NCBI GenBank assembly: GCA_043228905.1
Contig: JBHGNT010000008.1
Coordinates: 6,758,001-6,822,000, forward strand
DNA length: 64,000 nt
Origin: Azolla caroliniana
Lineage: Eukaryota > Plantae > Polypodiophyta
Direction: 5' to 3'
Each line of letters begins with the position of its first letter. Within the stretch, counting starts at the first letter, position 1. Shown here piece by piece: positions 21,201 through 33,600 of the stretch. The notes under the pieces were generated by a model. That model did not search any database and was not told the DNA's origin. It worked only from the letters and a program-made list of their open reading frames with translations. A program made the translations under genes and the position numbers.

Positions 21201-22469
21201 ATGTGAGCGGCACGAAGGACCGGGGACTGTTACACCATCACCCGACCCGACATCAGCTATCTGGTCGGTGTGATTAGCCAATTAATGCAGAAGCCGACCA
21301 TCGAGCATCTTCAGTGCACGCACCGAATACTGTAGTATGTGAGCGGCACGAAGGACCAAGGATTGTTATACTGGTGAGGTATGACCGAAGAGCTAGTCGG
21401 CTACACGGATGCCGACTGGGCCGACGATGCATCAGATCGCAGTTCAACTTCCGGCTATATGTTTTCCCTTGGTAGCGCGGTTGTTGCGTGGAGCACCAAA
21501 AAGCAGCCAATAGTGGCTCTGTCGAGCACTGACGCTGAATACTATTAGGAAATAGGTCCCTCCGGATGGGAAGTGAGAAGAACAGTACTGATGAGCAAAC
21601 CGGATGTGGAGTACCTGGCATGAGCCTCGGCCGAAACTGGATGTGGAGTACCCGGCATGAGCCGGATGGTGCAGACCCGGTGAGAATCGGATGAAGAGTA
21701 CCCGGCTACGGAGAGCCGAATGGTGCAGACCCGGTGAGAACCGGATGACGAGTACCCGGCAAACGGAGAGCCAGATGGTGTAGACCCGATGAGAACCGGA
21801 TGACGAGTACCCGACAAGCACCAGATGATGCAGGTCCGGTAAAGAGCGCTCCCTGGATGAAGGGGCTATATTCGTAAATATGTTTCTAAGAGTCCATCGG
21901 GGCTATATTTGTGAATAGCCGAAAAGTCATTTTCGTATAACTATGACTTACGGCAAACTGTTGTTTAAGTCTGTGATGTTGTCATTCTTGTTGGCACAAG
22001 ATTAGAGTGCACAACTGTGTACAGAGAGAGTGAGAGAGAGGAAGAGGTCGTTGCCTCTAATTGTAACCGCCGTCTGTGGCGAAGATAGCAAGCTTGAGGT
22101 CGTGGCCTCGGTGCTTTCTTATTGTACATTCTGATATAGAGATAGTTTGCGGTCTGTGGGCTACCGTGGTTTTTCACGAGTTTGGGTTTTCCACGTAAAC
22201 ATCATGTGTACTCTTCTCTCAATCGTTTTGTGCTTTTCATTCCTTGTTTTCTGTGTTTTATTCTAGGCTTGGTTGTGGCCGAGCGTTGTTCATCGGAGCG
22301 TGTAGTTCCTGTCAAATACCGGGGCGCTACCGTTGCCGCCTGTGAAGCCATTTGGCTTCGGCGATTGTTGCAAGAGTTGCGGATCGAGGTGGCGACCCCG
22401 ATCCTGATCTACTACGACAACATAAGCAGCATGCAGCTCACCAAGAACCCCGTATTTCATGCTTGCACA
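18254..22469 (+). pseudogene. pol: Copia F gag-pol, with internal deletions and a 136-bp tandem duplication (21098-21369)
   Basis: KLDRSNYASW, RKLQLRQEL, FIDDYSR, NGVAERKNR, CKWVYKVK, QMDVKNAFL, LLYVDDL, YTDADW; gag knuckle and protease deleted near 18765; split by G. Confidence 0.9.
21543..22314 (+). mobile_element. Solo LTR G (D-related family)
   Basis: Homologous to D LTRs (aaataggtccctccggatg...gtagttcctgtca); perfect TSD aatac (21538-21542 / 22315-22319); removal restores RNase H AEYRGA. Confidence 0.93.
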
Positions 22470-22691
22470 TGTCAGAACCAAGGATAAAAGATAGAGTGAT
22501 AGAAGAAGGATATTAGAGAACACGAGAAGAAAGGAACGAAACACTAAGAGAAGAATGGATGTATAAGATAGAGAAAGAACGAGAATGGATATAAGATATG
22601 TAATAAGAGCTAAAGACTGGTGTTGATTCGAATTGATTTGAGAAAACATGTATGCCCTTATTTATAGGTTCCTATAGAATAGCTTAGAGAT

Positions 22692-22760
22692 TTCTAGAAT
22701 GTTCTAGAATGTTCTAGACCTAGAATGCTCTAGGACATTCTAGAACATTCTAGAATAATC
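22692..22760. promoter_or_regulatory. Two heat-shock element arrays in C LTR
   Basis: TTCtaGAAtgTTCtaGAAtgTTC (22692-22714, five perfect units) and TTCtaGAAcaTTCtaGAA (22738-22755); the 5' LTR copy (~27984-28046) is one 10-bp unit shorter. Confidence 0.8.
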
Positions 22761-22825
22761 TATAGTTTTTACAATAATCAATGTAATACAAGAAGTAGCT
22801 TTTATTGTTTCATATAGCAATAAGC

Positions 22826-22880
22826 TATCTTAATGGTTGAGGTTTTCAAGTATGGATTACAAGGTTCGAGGTTCAAGTCC
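22826..22880 (+). promoter_or_regulatory. tRNA-like Pol III A/B-box cassette in C LTR (antisense to element)
   Basis: A-like TATCTTAATGG (22826-22836) and perfect B box GGTTCAAGTCC (22870-22880), starts 44 nt apart; also at 28108-28162. Confidence 0.65.
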
Positions 22881-22897
22881 GGGTGACGCCATAATGG

Positions 22898-25800
22898 TCA
22901 TGCGTTCATGACACTATCCCTCCTTCGAGAACACCAAGTGGAAGTCGGCGTTAACATTGTTGGGCCAGGCTTGTTTGGATAGTGACAATGGAAGTCGTTG
23001 ACCAAAGCTTCAACATTACAAACATTATCGATGGGTTCCCAAGTGCGATCACTCGGAGGATAGACAAGCCAATCAACTAGATAATAAAGCTTATTGCACA
23101 CAATCTTAGAATCGAGAATAGCAGCTACCTCGTATTCGGGGCCGTCCACAAGTTGTACAGAAGGCGGTGGTGGCACGACACGATTAGGAATTAAAGAGGT
23201 GCGGCAAGGTTCCAAAAGAGAGCTATGAAAGACAGGGTGAAGCCGCATATGTGCAGGAAGGTTAGGACGAAATGTTGCATCATTAATGTGCACCGTGGTG
23301 ACAAAAGGACCTAAGCGTTGATAGTCAAGCTTAGCACACAGTCGGGTAGTCTTGATGTGACGATGAAGCAACCATACACGGTCACCAACCTTAAACGGAG
23401 AGTTAAGACGATGTCGATCGACATTGGTCTTATGGTGTGCTTGCGCTTTCTGAAGATGTGACGATAACTCGAACTGGATTTGTTGTAGTCGGTGGAGGTT
23501 ATGTGCCACACTAGGGTTTCGTGACACCTCGGGAAGATCCAGTATACACCATCGAGGGTGGTTGCTGGTGTAGACAAAGAAAGGTGTTACAACTTTGGTA
23601 CAAGAATGGACCGTGTTGTTGTATGCAAACTCGACAAGATGTAAAATATTACTCCAATCATCTTATTGATAACTAATGAAACATCGAAGATATTGCTCAA
23701 GCGTTTGATTTGTGCGCTCTATTTGTCCGTTAGTTTGTGGATGATAAGCCGAAGAGAGTTTGCAAGAGATTTTGAGGCCTGCCCATAGGTGCTTCCAAAA
23801 GTGTGAGATAAATTGAGGACCTCGATCGCTAATAATATCATTTGGGAGACCATGATGGCAAAACACTTCACGCAGAATGAGATCTGCAGTTTCTTCACTA
23901 TTGATGGTCTTTACACATGGTACAAAATGTGCCATCTTGGTGAACCAATCCACTACTGTTAAAATAGTATCAAAGCCTTTGGAAGGTGGCAGATCCATAA
24001 TGAAATCCATAGAAATAGACTGCCATGGCTTGTTGGGAGGGGGTAATGGTTGTAGTAAGCCATAAGGGTGATGCCGGGGTATTTTGGCCCGACAACAGGT
24101 GTCACAAATGTGAACATAATCTTCGACAAATTTTTGCAAGTGAGGCCACCTAAACAAACGTTTCACCAGCTCAATGGTCTTGGAAATACCAAAATGTCCA
24201 GCCATGGGTGCATCATGACAATGTTCCAACACTTGAAGTCGGGGTGATCCGTCGGGGACGTAAAGGAGATTCTTGTAGAAGAATAAGCCATCTTGCCACT
24301 TGAAGTCCTGATAATGTTGAGATGACCCTGGCAATGTGGAGCAAGATGGACGACTTGAACCACAGTGGGCTAAGACATCCTTAGCAAAATCATCCGAATG
24401 AAGTTGTTGCCGAATAGTGTCAAGAAGGGTAGAATCAAGTGGTGTGGCATAAATTGTTGTTACCTGTAGCTTTGATGGCCCGAGGAGAGTTTGCTTTTGA
24501 TTGTCAAAGGCCGGATCTCCAGGTCGAAGGGCTAGATACGAACGTCGAGACAGAGCATCTGCTTTCCCTTGTTGTTTTCCAGGGCGAAAAATGATCTTGA
24601 AATCGAAACGCGTTAGAAATTGGGCCCACCGAGCTTGTCGTCTATTTAATACTCGAGCTGTTTGAAAATATGTGAGATTTTTGTGATCACTATAAATGAT
24701 AATCTGATGAGGTGATCCTTCTAGAAAATGACGCCATTGCTCGAATGAGTCGACCACAGCTAGTAACTCCTTATCATGCACCTCATAGTTTATCTCCGAA
24801 ACAGTAAACTTTCTCGAGTGAAACGCGACTGGATGTATCTACCCGTCCTCGCCTGGTTGCGATAGGATACTCCCCAATGCAAAGTCTGATGCATCCGCCT
24901 CAATAGTAAATGGCTTTTCAGGATCAATATGTGCTAGGATGGGTGCTGATGTGAATGCCTCTTTCAGTTGCGTAAAAGCCTTGTCCGCTTCGATACTCCA
25001 AAAAAATGCTTGATTTTTCTTGGTGAGTTGAGTAAGGGCAACACAATGTTTGAATAATTATGTATGAATTTGCGATAGAAGTTCACAAATCCGAGGAAAC
25101 ACTAGACATTCCGAACTGAGCATGGGGGTTTCCATTCCAATATTGTTTGGACTTTTGCCGGATCCATGAAAACACCCTGGGATGAAATAGTGTATTCCAA
25201 AAATTCGACTTGTTTGCAATCAAAACTGCATTTCTCAAGTTTGGCATAAAGACCATACTTCCTTAGGCGTTCAAGTACTTGCCGCACATGTATATCATGC
25301 TCCCCCTGTGTTTTAGAGTAAATCAATAAATCATCTAGGTAGATGATTAGAAAAGTATCCAAGAAATCCCGGAAGATGTCATTTGCCATATGTTGGAATA
25401 TTGCAGGTGCATTTGTGAGCCCGAAAGGCATGACTGTATACTCGAAATGACCATACCGAGTACGAAATGTTGTTTTCGAACAAGATTATATGCACCCCTT
25501 AGATCAATTTTGGTAAAATGCTTTGCCCCACCAATGAGTTCTAAGAGATTGGAGATTAAAGGTAAAGCATAGCTATTCCTTATGGTGGCTTTATTTAAGC
25601 CTCGATAGTCCACGACCAAACGAAGGGAGCCATCCTTTTTCCTCACAAAAAAGATAGGAGCACCAGCTGGAGACTTTGAATGTCGAATAAACCCATGTGC
25701 AAGATTTTCCTCGATGTATTCTCGAAGAACCTCAAGCTCAGTGGGTGATAAATTGTAAATCAGACCCCACAGTGGCTCTTTTCCTGGTTGGAGATCAATA

Positions 25801-26545
25801 GGACAATCGTACGGCCGATGCTTTGTAAGAACACTAGCTTTGACTTTGTCGAAAACATCAGCATAGTCTTGATATTTTTTGGGAATTTGGATGTCTGAAT
25901 TCCCTTGAGTGACACTAGAAGGTGTCACTGATACTGCAAATAAGAAAAGGTCCTCCTTGCCTCCCACTTGGCGCAATTGTTGCAATGTGATGGCTGAAAT
26001 TTGATGAGAAGGCTATGGTGCATCGGTAGAACTATATACTTTAGGAGGATAATCTCGAGTTCGATCCATGACAATGATATTTTCTGCTAAAGGGCACCTA
26101 ATTTCTCGCTTCCTCCAATCGATTCTAGGGTTATGTAGCTCGAACCATGGCAAACCGAGGACAATTGGATGCTCAGGACTACGGATTATATTAAAGGAAA
26201 CTACACATCCTAAATCACCCAAGAGTATGTGTATTAGCTCAGACTCTTCAAATATCTTCCCGGAAGCTATGGGGCATCCATCAATCACTACTACGGAAAC
26301 TGGACAAGGAAGTGTATGCAAGGACATTTGGTGTTTTTGGGCAAAATCTCTATCCATGAAACAAGAATTGGCTCCAGTATCTTAGAGGGCTTGGACTTGA
26401 AGTTGACAACTGGGTGTCCTAACTTGTACTAGGGATGAGAAGACTCTACTAACATGCTTGGAAGAAATGGAACCCACACTAGGTTGTACATATCTAGGGT
26501 TGTTCAACCAAATGGCTCCTATTTTGGCTAGACTTATTCGTTTGA
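22898..26545 (-). pseudogene. pol: Chromovirus C pol
   Basis: DTGANSCF (PR); [21 protein letters not shown] (RT); DKELLAV, ADALSR (RH); HD..AGH/CDTC, SDRGPQF (IN); YEVAAILDSK..YYLVDW (chromodomain). Confidence 0.93.
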
Positions 26546-27693
26546 CTCCTCTTCTAATTGGCGTAGGACTTCAAATTTATTGGACAAGGGTGGATTATTC
26601 ATAATATTAGATTCACTAACGGCTTCTAAAATGTTGGACTCATTTTTATTGTCATAGTGAATTTGATTTACCTGACATCTCGGCCTATGGGAGCAATGAA
26701 TGGCTATGTCCTGGACCTCCACGATATAAGCACAGATGGTTTGCTCGACGACGTTGCTTCTCTTCGTCTGACAACGGTCCTCGTCATTGAGTCATATCGA
26801 TCTCCATGGGTGCAGGACTATCCTTGGGACTGGACTACGTGTTTGCCTTGGAGTTGGAGCAGGGCTATACATTTTCCTTGGGGATGATTACGTCGTTATT
26901 GATGCATAAGTTGGTGTGAATCTTGATCTTGTTGTTTGTTGTTGTCGCTCACATCAACGCTCAAAAAGGCGATTATCACACCGTATTGCTCAACTAATAG
27001 CTTCTGTAAGTGACCTTGGATCCTCGGGGAAGGTAAGAAGTAAGTCTTTGATATCACTACGAAGGCATGAACGGAATTGCTCCATTAGGGCTTGTTCATC
27101 CCAAGGAATATCGCTTGCGATGAGACGAAAATTGGCAGCATATGTCGAAGCTGGTTGATCACCTTGACGAAGTGTACGAATCTTGTTGATAGCTATTCTC
27201 GCCCCATCAGTATCTCCGAAACAAGCCTTAAATTCCTTGATAAATTCCTTGAAATTATTTAGTAGAGGAGAATTGGTCTCTAGCAATGGAGCAAACCATG
27301 GCAATGCTATGCCAGTCAATAAGGTGCCCACTAGCCCACTCGTGATGCATTTGTTGGATAACACGCGGGATGCATTTGAATCACCAACCGTACTTGATTC
27401 AAGAAACCTCAGAAATGCGCCCTCGACCCATCAAATTTAGTTGGGAAGCTAATTTTGGGCTCCTTGATAAGTCCATGACCTTCAACCCTTTGTTGTTGTA
27501 ACACTACGATTGTCGACTCTAACTGTTGCACTCGTTGCGTGAACTCCTCTTGTTGTTGTTGCTTCTCTATAGCAACCTTTTGTAAATCCCCAAGTAGATG
27601 TTGATTCTCTACTTCAAGAGATGCGAACTTGGATTTAAGGTTCTCCATTTCTGCAACAAGGGTGAGATATTCTTCTAAGTTAATGGCAGCCAT
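26534..27693 (-). pseudogene. gag: Chromovirus C gag
   Basis: MAAINLEEY coiled-coil start; PKISFPTKFDGSR; LPWF; LRQG; degenerate zinc knuckle; stop at 26534. Confidence 0.88.
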
Positions 27694-27717
27694 GGTTTCA
27701 GGATGGTTACAAAGGAG

Positions 27718-27752
<35 letters not shown>

Positions 27753-27761
27753 GAATCGAAC

Positions 27762-28195
27762 TGTCAGAACCAAGGATAAAAGATAGAGTGATGGAAGAAG
27801 GATATTAGAGAACACGAGAAGAAAGGAACGAAATACTAAGAGAAGAATGGATGTATAAGAGAGAGAAAGAAAGAGAATGGATACGAGATATGTAATGAGA
27901 GCTAAAGACTGGTGTTGATTCGAATTGATTTGAGAATACATGTATGCCCTTATTTATAGGTTCCTATAGAATAGCTTAGAGATTTCTAGAATGTTCTAGA
28001 CCTAGAATGCTCTAGGACATTCTAGAACATTCTAGAATAATCTAGAGTTTTTACAATAATTAATGTAATACAAGAAGTAGCTTTTATTGTTTCATATAAC
28101 AATAAGCTATCTTAATGGTTGAGCTTTTCAAGTATGGATTACAAGGTTTGAGGTTCAAGTTCGGGTGACGCCATAATGGTCATGTGTTCATGACA
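27762..28195 (-). repeat. 5' LTR of C
   Basis: Matches the 3' LTR; followed on minus strand by the non-tRNA PBS-position motif (27747-27761) and a (CT)n leader. Confidence 0.95.
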
Positions 28196-28848
28196 GCACA
28201 AAGCACATCGAAGTGCACTACCAGTTCGTGCGTGAGCGTGTCCTAAGTGGTGAAGTTGAACTTTGGTATGTTCACACAGATCGGCAAGTTGCTGACATCC
28301 TCACCAAACCGCTCGGATCAGACAAGTTGCAGCAGTTCACTGAAATGCTTGGTGTTCAGCATCTAGACATGCCACACTTGAGGGGGAGAATGGGCAAAGA
28401 CACCACCAAAACGGGCCTTTTGGGCAAAGGCAAAGAGACAGCAGATTGCGTCAGTGGGGGAAGAACCGACAATGGGAGAGACAGGAAGAAGAAAGGAGCC
28501 GAGTCGACAAAGAAAGTTGACACATCCGAACAAGTCGGAACAAGCGGCAGCGGAGGCAGAGTCAAGAAGGACAGAGCCGACCGGAAGAAGAAGGCCAAGA
28601 CCCGGACATGGTCCGATGTGGTGAAGGGCATGGAACCAGAAGACAAATCGGGAGCAACCGATTCAGACAAGAGTTGGAACGAATCGGAGACAACCGATTC
28701 GGTTCTACAGAAGGATTTGGAAGAACCAGATCAAAATTCAAGGCCAAGAGGACAAGAAGGTAGCAAAGGTCGACGCCAAGACGAAGGGATTGGCGAATCG
28801 CCAAAAGCCAAAGTCCCAACAGCGAGGGAGCTGAATTGGGCCTGTTGA
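28196..28848 (+). pseudogene. pol: Copia F RNase H end plus charged C-terminal extension
   Basis: KHIEVHYQFVRE, QVADILTKPL, HLRG, then ~150 aa K/E/R-rich tail with KTRTWSDVVKG. Confidence 0.8.
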
Positions 28849-29027
28849 GCAAACAAGCCGAACAAGGAAGTCAAGGTGTGGAGGAATAGAATGGTCGCGG
28901 CAAACGTGACCGAACCGGACGAGGAGCACGAGCAAAACGGAGTGACGCCAGAAGGAGCCAGATGGAAGTACCGACTGCCATAGAGACGGACACTACGATC
29001 CGACCTCAAATTGAGCTTAAGGTGGAG

Positions 29028-29392
29028 CGTTGAGTGGCAAGCTCAACCGGATCCGGATCGGCATCCAGAAGGGGTGAGCTGGGGAGCCGGTTAGCTGGAT
29101 CAAGCAGTAACCGGAAGCCAAGTAGCAGCTAGTCTACTAGGGAGTTAATATCTCGTAGTTAGTGTCAAACGGTCGTGTGAGCATTGAAGTACACCGTATT
29201 TCTGTCAGTCCGGATGGACTTGTATAAAAATGTTCACTGAACACATACAATGTACAGACTGAGTAGTATTTTTGAATTGAGTTTCTGTGTGCTCTCTGTC
29301 TCTCTGTCTCTCCCACGTACTGTTAAGCTCTCCATTAAACCTGTTTTTTGTTTTCTATTTTCTATTGCTTCCGCACGCTATTTGTTTCTACA
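29028..29392 (+). repeat. 3' LTR of F
   Basis: Colinear with 17746-18155; preceded by PPT variant aaggtggag. Confidence 0.9.
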
Positions 29393-30688
29393 GTTGCATG
29401 GCACCTATATTAGAAAGTAGTCAGGAGAAAGAAATGAAGATATTCCAAATGCAAGAGATGAAAAAGAAAAACATGTTTCAGCTCAAACCAAAATTAACAT
29501 GGGGACAACTTAAGGGTAAGAAAGAAGATGTGAAAGGTCACTTTACAAATGAAGAGATGTTAGACTATGTACACAGACTATATATGCATGAAGGTGTGTC
29601 TCCTACAATTGAAAATATTGAAACACCACACACTACATCTATCGATATTGATGATGTCAATAAGGGAATAAAAAATATGGTGAGTGCGAAAGTAGCTAAT
29701 GCAACCTACGTCTCAAGTGAGCTTTTAAAATGGACAATGCCACATACTTGTCATGGGATAATGGTAATTATAGAGCAAGTTATAAAACAAGGATTTCCAA
29801 ATGATTGGCTTATGAATTGGATTAAACCAATATTTTAAGCCGGAGATAAAAATCAAGTATCAAATTATTGTACAATAATGGTGACCTCAACTATTGCTAA
29901 ATTATATAGCACTATTATGGAGCAAAAGATAAGCACATGGGCTGAAAGTACAAGCAAAACAGCAGTTGGGCAAGCAGGATTTAGACCAAAATACTCACAT
30001 GTGGATCATTTGGTCACATTGAAAGTAATCATGGAAGAGAGTCGATTACAAGGAAAAACATGTAGAAGTATGTGTGTGCGATACACAATCAATTGTTCAA
30101 AACTTGACAGTTAGGTAAACATAGAGAATGGATACACAGTGAGAGAGAGAGGGCAGACAATAACACTCAACTTTACATAACAAACACTTTGTACATACAA
30201 TGTGCTCAATGAGCACTTTTTATATAGGCCCTAACGAGTGGGTTAACACAAGTACTAACAAGTACTTGAATGCTCATTAACTGAGCCTGACATGAACATG
30301 CTATAATATTCCTATTACTATAATAGGAATGGAGGCCCCTAACGGCCGCTCAGAATTCATCCGACTCGGCTCACCTGAATCGAACTCTATTTGATTCGGC
30401 TCTCGGCTTCTTCAGCCAATTCGGCCTGTGTTGAGATTGTCTCTTAATAAGACACTTTATTGTTGTTTTCTTGATTTTAAGAAATCTTTTGATATTGTAC
30501 CACGAAGTGAGCTTTGGAATAGAATGGTAGAGATTGACATGCCATTAGAGCACCGAGTTGTTGTTGCACGCCTATATGAACAAGTTAAATGCCAACTCAA
30601 AATGGATAGCGAATTCTCAAGGCACTTTTTAAGTAACATGGGGGTCAAGCAAGGATGTCCACTATCACCCACACTCTTTGGCTTACGT
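29393..30688 (+). mobile_element. Non-LTR retrotransposon (LINE) RT fragment
   Basis: IKPIF, QAGFRP, HLVTLK, LYCCFLDFKKSFDIV, GVKQGCPLSPTLF; split by solo LTR H, cut off by J. Confidence 0.85.
30061..30449 (-). mobile_element. Solo LTR H (related to F/I/N LTRs)
   Basis: TSD aaaca/agaca (30056-30060 / 30450-30454); removal restores QGKT|LYCCF; shares tgtgctcaatgagcacttttta and aagtacttgaatgctcat blocks with N LTR. Confidence 0.8.
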
Positions 30689-33600
30689 TGTCGTGTTATT
30701 CTGCACGCACAGGAGAAACCAAGGCGGGACCGCGGGGGCCCTGAACTGGGGAATAGCCGAACAGAGGGAGGAGCACTACGAAACCATGGCCAAGCCGCAC
30801 ACACAGGTACAAAGAGAACTCGCAAACAAGGTCGAACAACGAATAAGGCAAATGTATATATGTATATATGTATATATGACCAAAATTCTAGTCGGCTAGC
30901 CGGTAAGTGCCGACTCGCTGACACTAACTCGCACAACACACGCGAGAACAAGAGATGGAGCTCCTATCGAAAGCGCTTGGGCTTTCAACAAAAACAAAGG
31001 CAAGCTCTCAACCTGTAGAGAATGATCAAAGACAGAGGAGAAGAGCTCGGGTTCAGTCCGACAACACTTAGTCCTCGAAAACGTGCGATCCCCCACTCAG
31101 CCCTTTTCCTCTCCTTTTATAGCACAAGGAGAGAGAGCCGTTACAGACTGTTACATCACTTTTATTCTCTGTTGTAGTGGACAGAGATCCTCTCGACTAC
31201 CCTAACTAATGAATTCGTGCTACCTAGGATATTTACATTGCCTACCTGTACTTAGCTATGTGAATAAATCAGAACATGTGCCCGTGTGTAAAATGTCCAC
31301 TGATTCCTCCTAGGGACAGTTTTCTCCACGACATCCTCCCCCACCTAACCGCGCATCCTCCGGTATGCGCCAGAATAGACTTCTGTCGGAGAAGACCGGC
31401 CCTCAATTATCTTTTGCTCTTCGGTTCGCCACCTGCTCCGAACCGGTCATCATCGCCATCCATTCTCTCTAGGTCCAGTTCATCCTCCTGCCGCTTCTTG
31501 AATGGCTTGATCCTCTTCCCGCCCACCGGCACAACTATTCTTGTTCCGTCGAGCTCCACGAGGTGGTAGGTGCCTTTGTCGTTGGCGCTTGTCACCGCGT
31601 AAGGCCTGAACCATCTCCTCGCAAACTTTCGCATTGCCTTGTGCTGGTTGTCGAGGTTGTTGTCGTAGACCAAAACCCAGTCGCCTTCCTCGATTTTCCT
31701 TGGTCGTAGTCGATGAGTTCAGTCGAACTGCTCCTTGTTCTTTGTCCTTGCTGCATGCAGCTTCACCGTTGCTCGTTCCACGTCCTCTGGCCTTCGCTCG
31801 AGCTGTTGGATTCGCGTCGTTAACAGCTCCTCCCGGCTCATCTCATCTCTCTAGTCCATGGTGGCCCACGAGGAGATCGTTCGCTCCATCGGCATGATTG
31901 GCTTCTGCCCGTACATCAGCTCCGCCAACATGAACCCGGTTACCGAACTGTGCATAGTTCGGTCCGCCCACAATGCGTAGGGTAGGAGCCGCGACCAATT
32001 CCCGACTTGGCCTCCGCAGGCCCGTACCAACGCCTTTACGATTGGCCCGTGTCCGCGTTCCAGCTTCTCGTTTGCCTCCGGATTGTACGCCGTAGTGAGC
32101 GAGATTTTAACCCCTAACCGTTCAAACAGCTCTTCGGCCTCTTGTGCATCCAGTTCTCGATGGTCTGCTATGATCTTCCCTACGCACTCGTATCGACATA
32201 CCAGCTCCTCGATTAGGAACCGGCACACGACTGCAGTCGTTTTATTTGGTAATGCCAGGCCCTCCATCTAGTTCGTCAGATCCTCTCGTGCTAGCACCAG
32301 GTATCGCATCTGCCCTACCCCCATCGGCATCGTCACCAAATCCACCATCCACTTGAAGTGGATAGTTGGTGGTTAAGTCGGGTGCAGCTCATCCCGATGT
32401 CGGACTACGGAATGCACCTGACAACTTTCGCAAGTCGTTACGAACCGATGAACGTCCCGGTATAGTGCTCGCCACTAGTATTTCTCCTTCAGCTTCTCGA
32501 ATGTGGCCCATGTCCCCCGGTGTCCAGCCCAAGGGCTCTCGTGGTACGCCGTCAACAATGCTTCCGGCTCCTCTTTCTTCACCACCACCCAAACCGGGAC
32601 GCCATCTCGCTTCTTCGGGTGCTTCCATTTGCTCCTGTCACGCAAGATGAATCCGTACGCTTTCTTCCAGATCCGGCTAGCCTCTTCCTTTGTCCATGCC
32701 GCATCCGATGCCATCGTTCTTAGGAACCCACCGATCTGGAGCCACTCCCCCTCGTACTTGCTCTCGTTAAACTAATTAAGCGCTGGGGTGCTCCCCCTTC
32801 TCGTCGTCACGTAGTATGTCTCGAAGAAGTCCACGTCGACTTCCTCGTCCTCTGAAACCATGTCATTTTTGTCATCAAACCTTCCTCTTGAAAGCATGTT
32901 GGGCATGGCATTGTCTTTCCCGAAGATGTGCCGTATCTCCAGATTCAGGGACTTAATGTACACTATCCACCTGAGCATTGCCAGGTCTGGCATCGCGCAT
33001 ACGGAAACCATACCGAGAATCGATAAGCAGTCTGTCTCTATTATTACCTCTGTCCAAATCAGGTAGTCTTTGTCAGCCTTGACCGTCGAAACGATACCCC
33101 AGAGTTCTCGTTTAACCTGGGTGTATCCTCGTTGTCGCGTGCTAAGTACTTTCCCACCGAACCAGACGGGGAACCTCACGCCCTTCTCATCCTCTTGGTT
33201 GATCACCCATCCGATCCCGATGTCGTGAAGATTTTCGTCCATAAGTGGAAACCAGGGTGGAAAGGGCAAGTCGGTGGTGTGGAACATGTGCACACGTATA
33301 CTAGGAAATGGTGTATAGAAATAAGAGGGTAAATTTTATCCCACATTGTAAGGTCCCTCCCTCCTTGGGCTATAAAAGGAAGGGAGGGGTCACTTATGAA
33401 GGGGTTTCCTATTTTGCGTATGAAAGGTATACCACTTAGTCTAGAGTTCTTACCGTTTAGGGTTAGGGTTTTGTTTAAGGTTTTCCTTATTCTTCCTCGG
33501 TTAGGGTTTTCTCATAATCGTTTGGTGCGGCCCATGCGGCCACCATGGTTGTAATCATTCGTTTGTTTTAATATAACTTGTTGAATATCTTGCCTTGGCC

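Larger units (their letters stand above)
22470..22913 (-). repeat. 3' LTR of C
   Basis: TGTCA...TGACA; TATA 22659-22666; matches 27762-28195. Confidence 0.95.
22470..28195 (-). mobile_element. Ty3/Gypsy chromovirus C (related to B), full length, decayed
   Basis: LTRs 22470-22913 and 27762-28195; perfect TSD gcaca (22465-22469 / 28196-28200); PPT 22914-22926; gag-pol with a single chromodomain. Confidence 0.96.
17746..29392 (+). mobile_element. Ty1/Copia element F (same family as I and N), decayed, containing G and C
   Basis: LTRs 17746-18155 and 29028-29392; PBS tggtatcagagc 18156-18167; gag, integrase, RT and RH motifs; flanks gttat/gttgc match only 3 of 5. Confidence 0.92.

Noticed and set aside
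33456-33510. Interstitial telomere (ttaggg units; also 9558-9667)
   Set aside because: Only 1-2 adjacent units, inside LTRs where such motifs are common.
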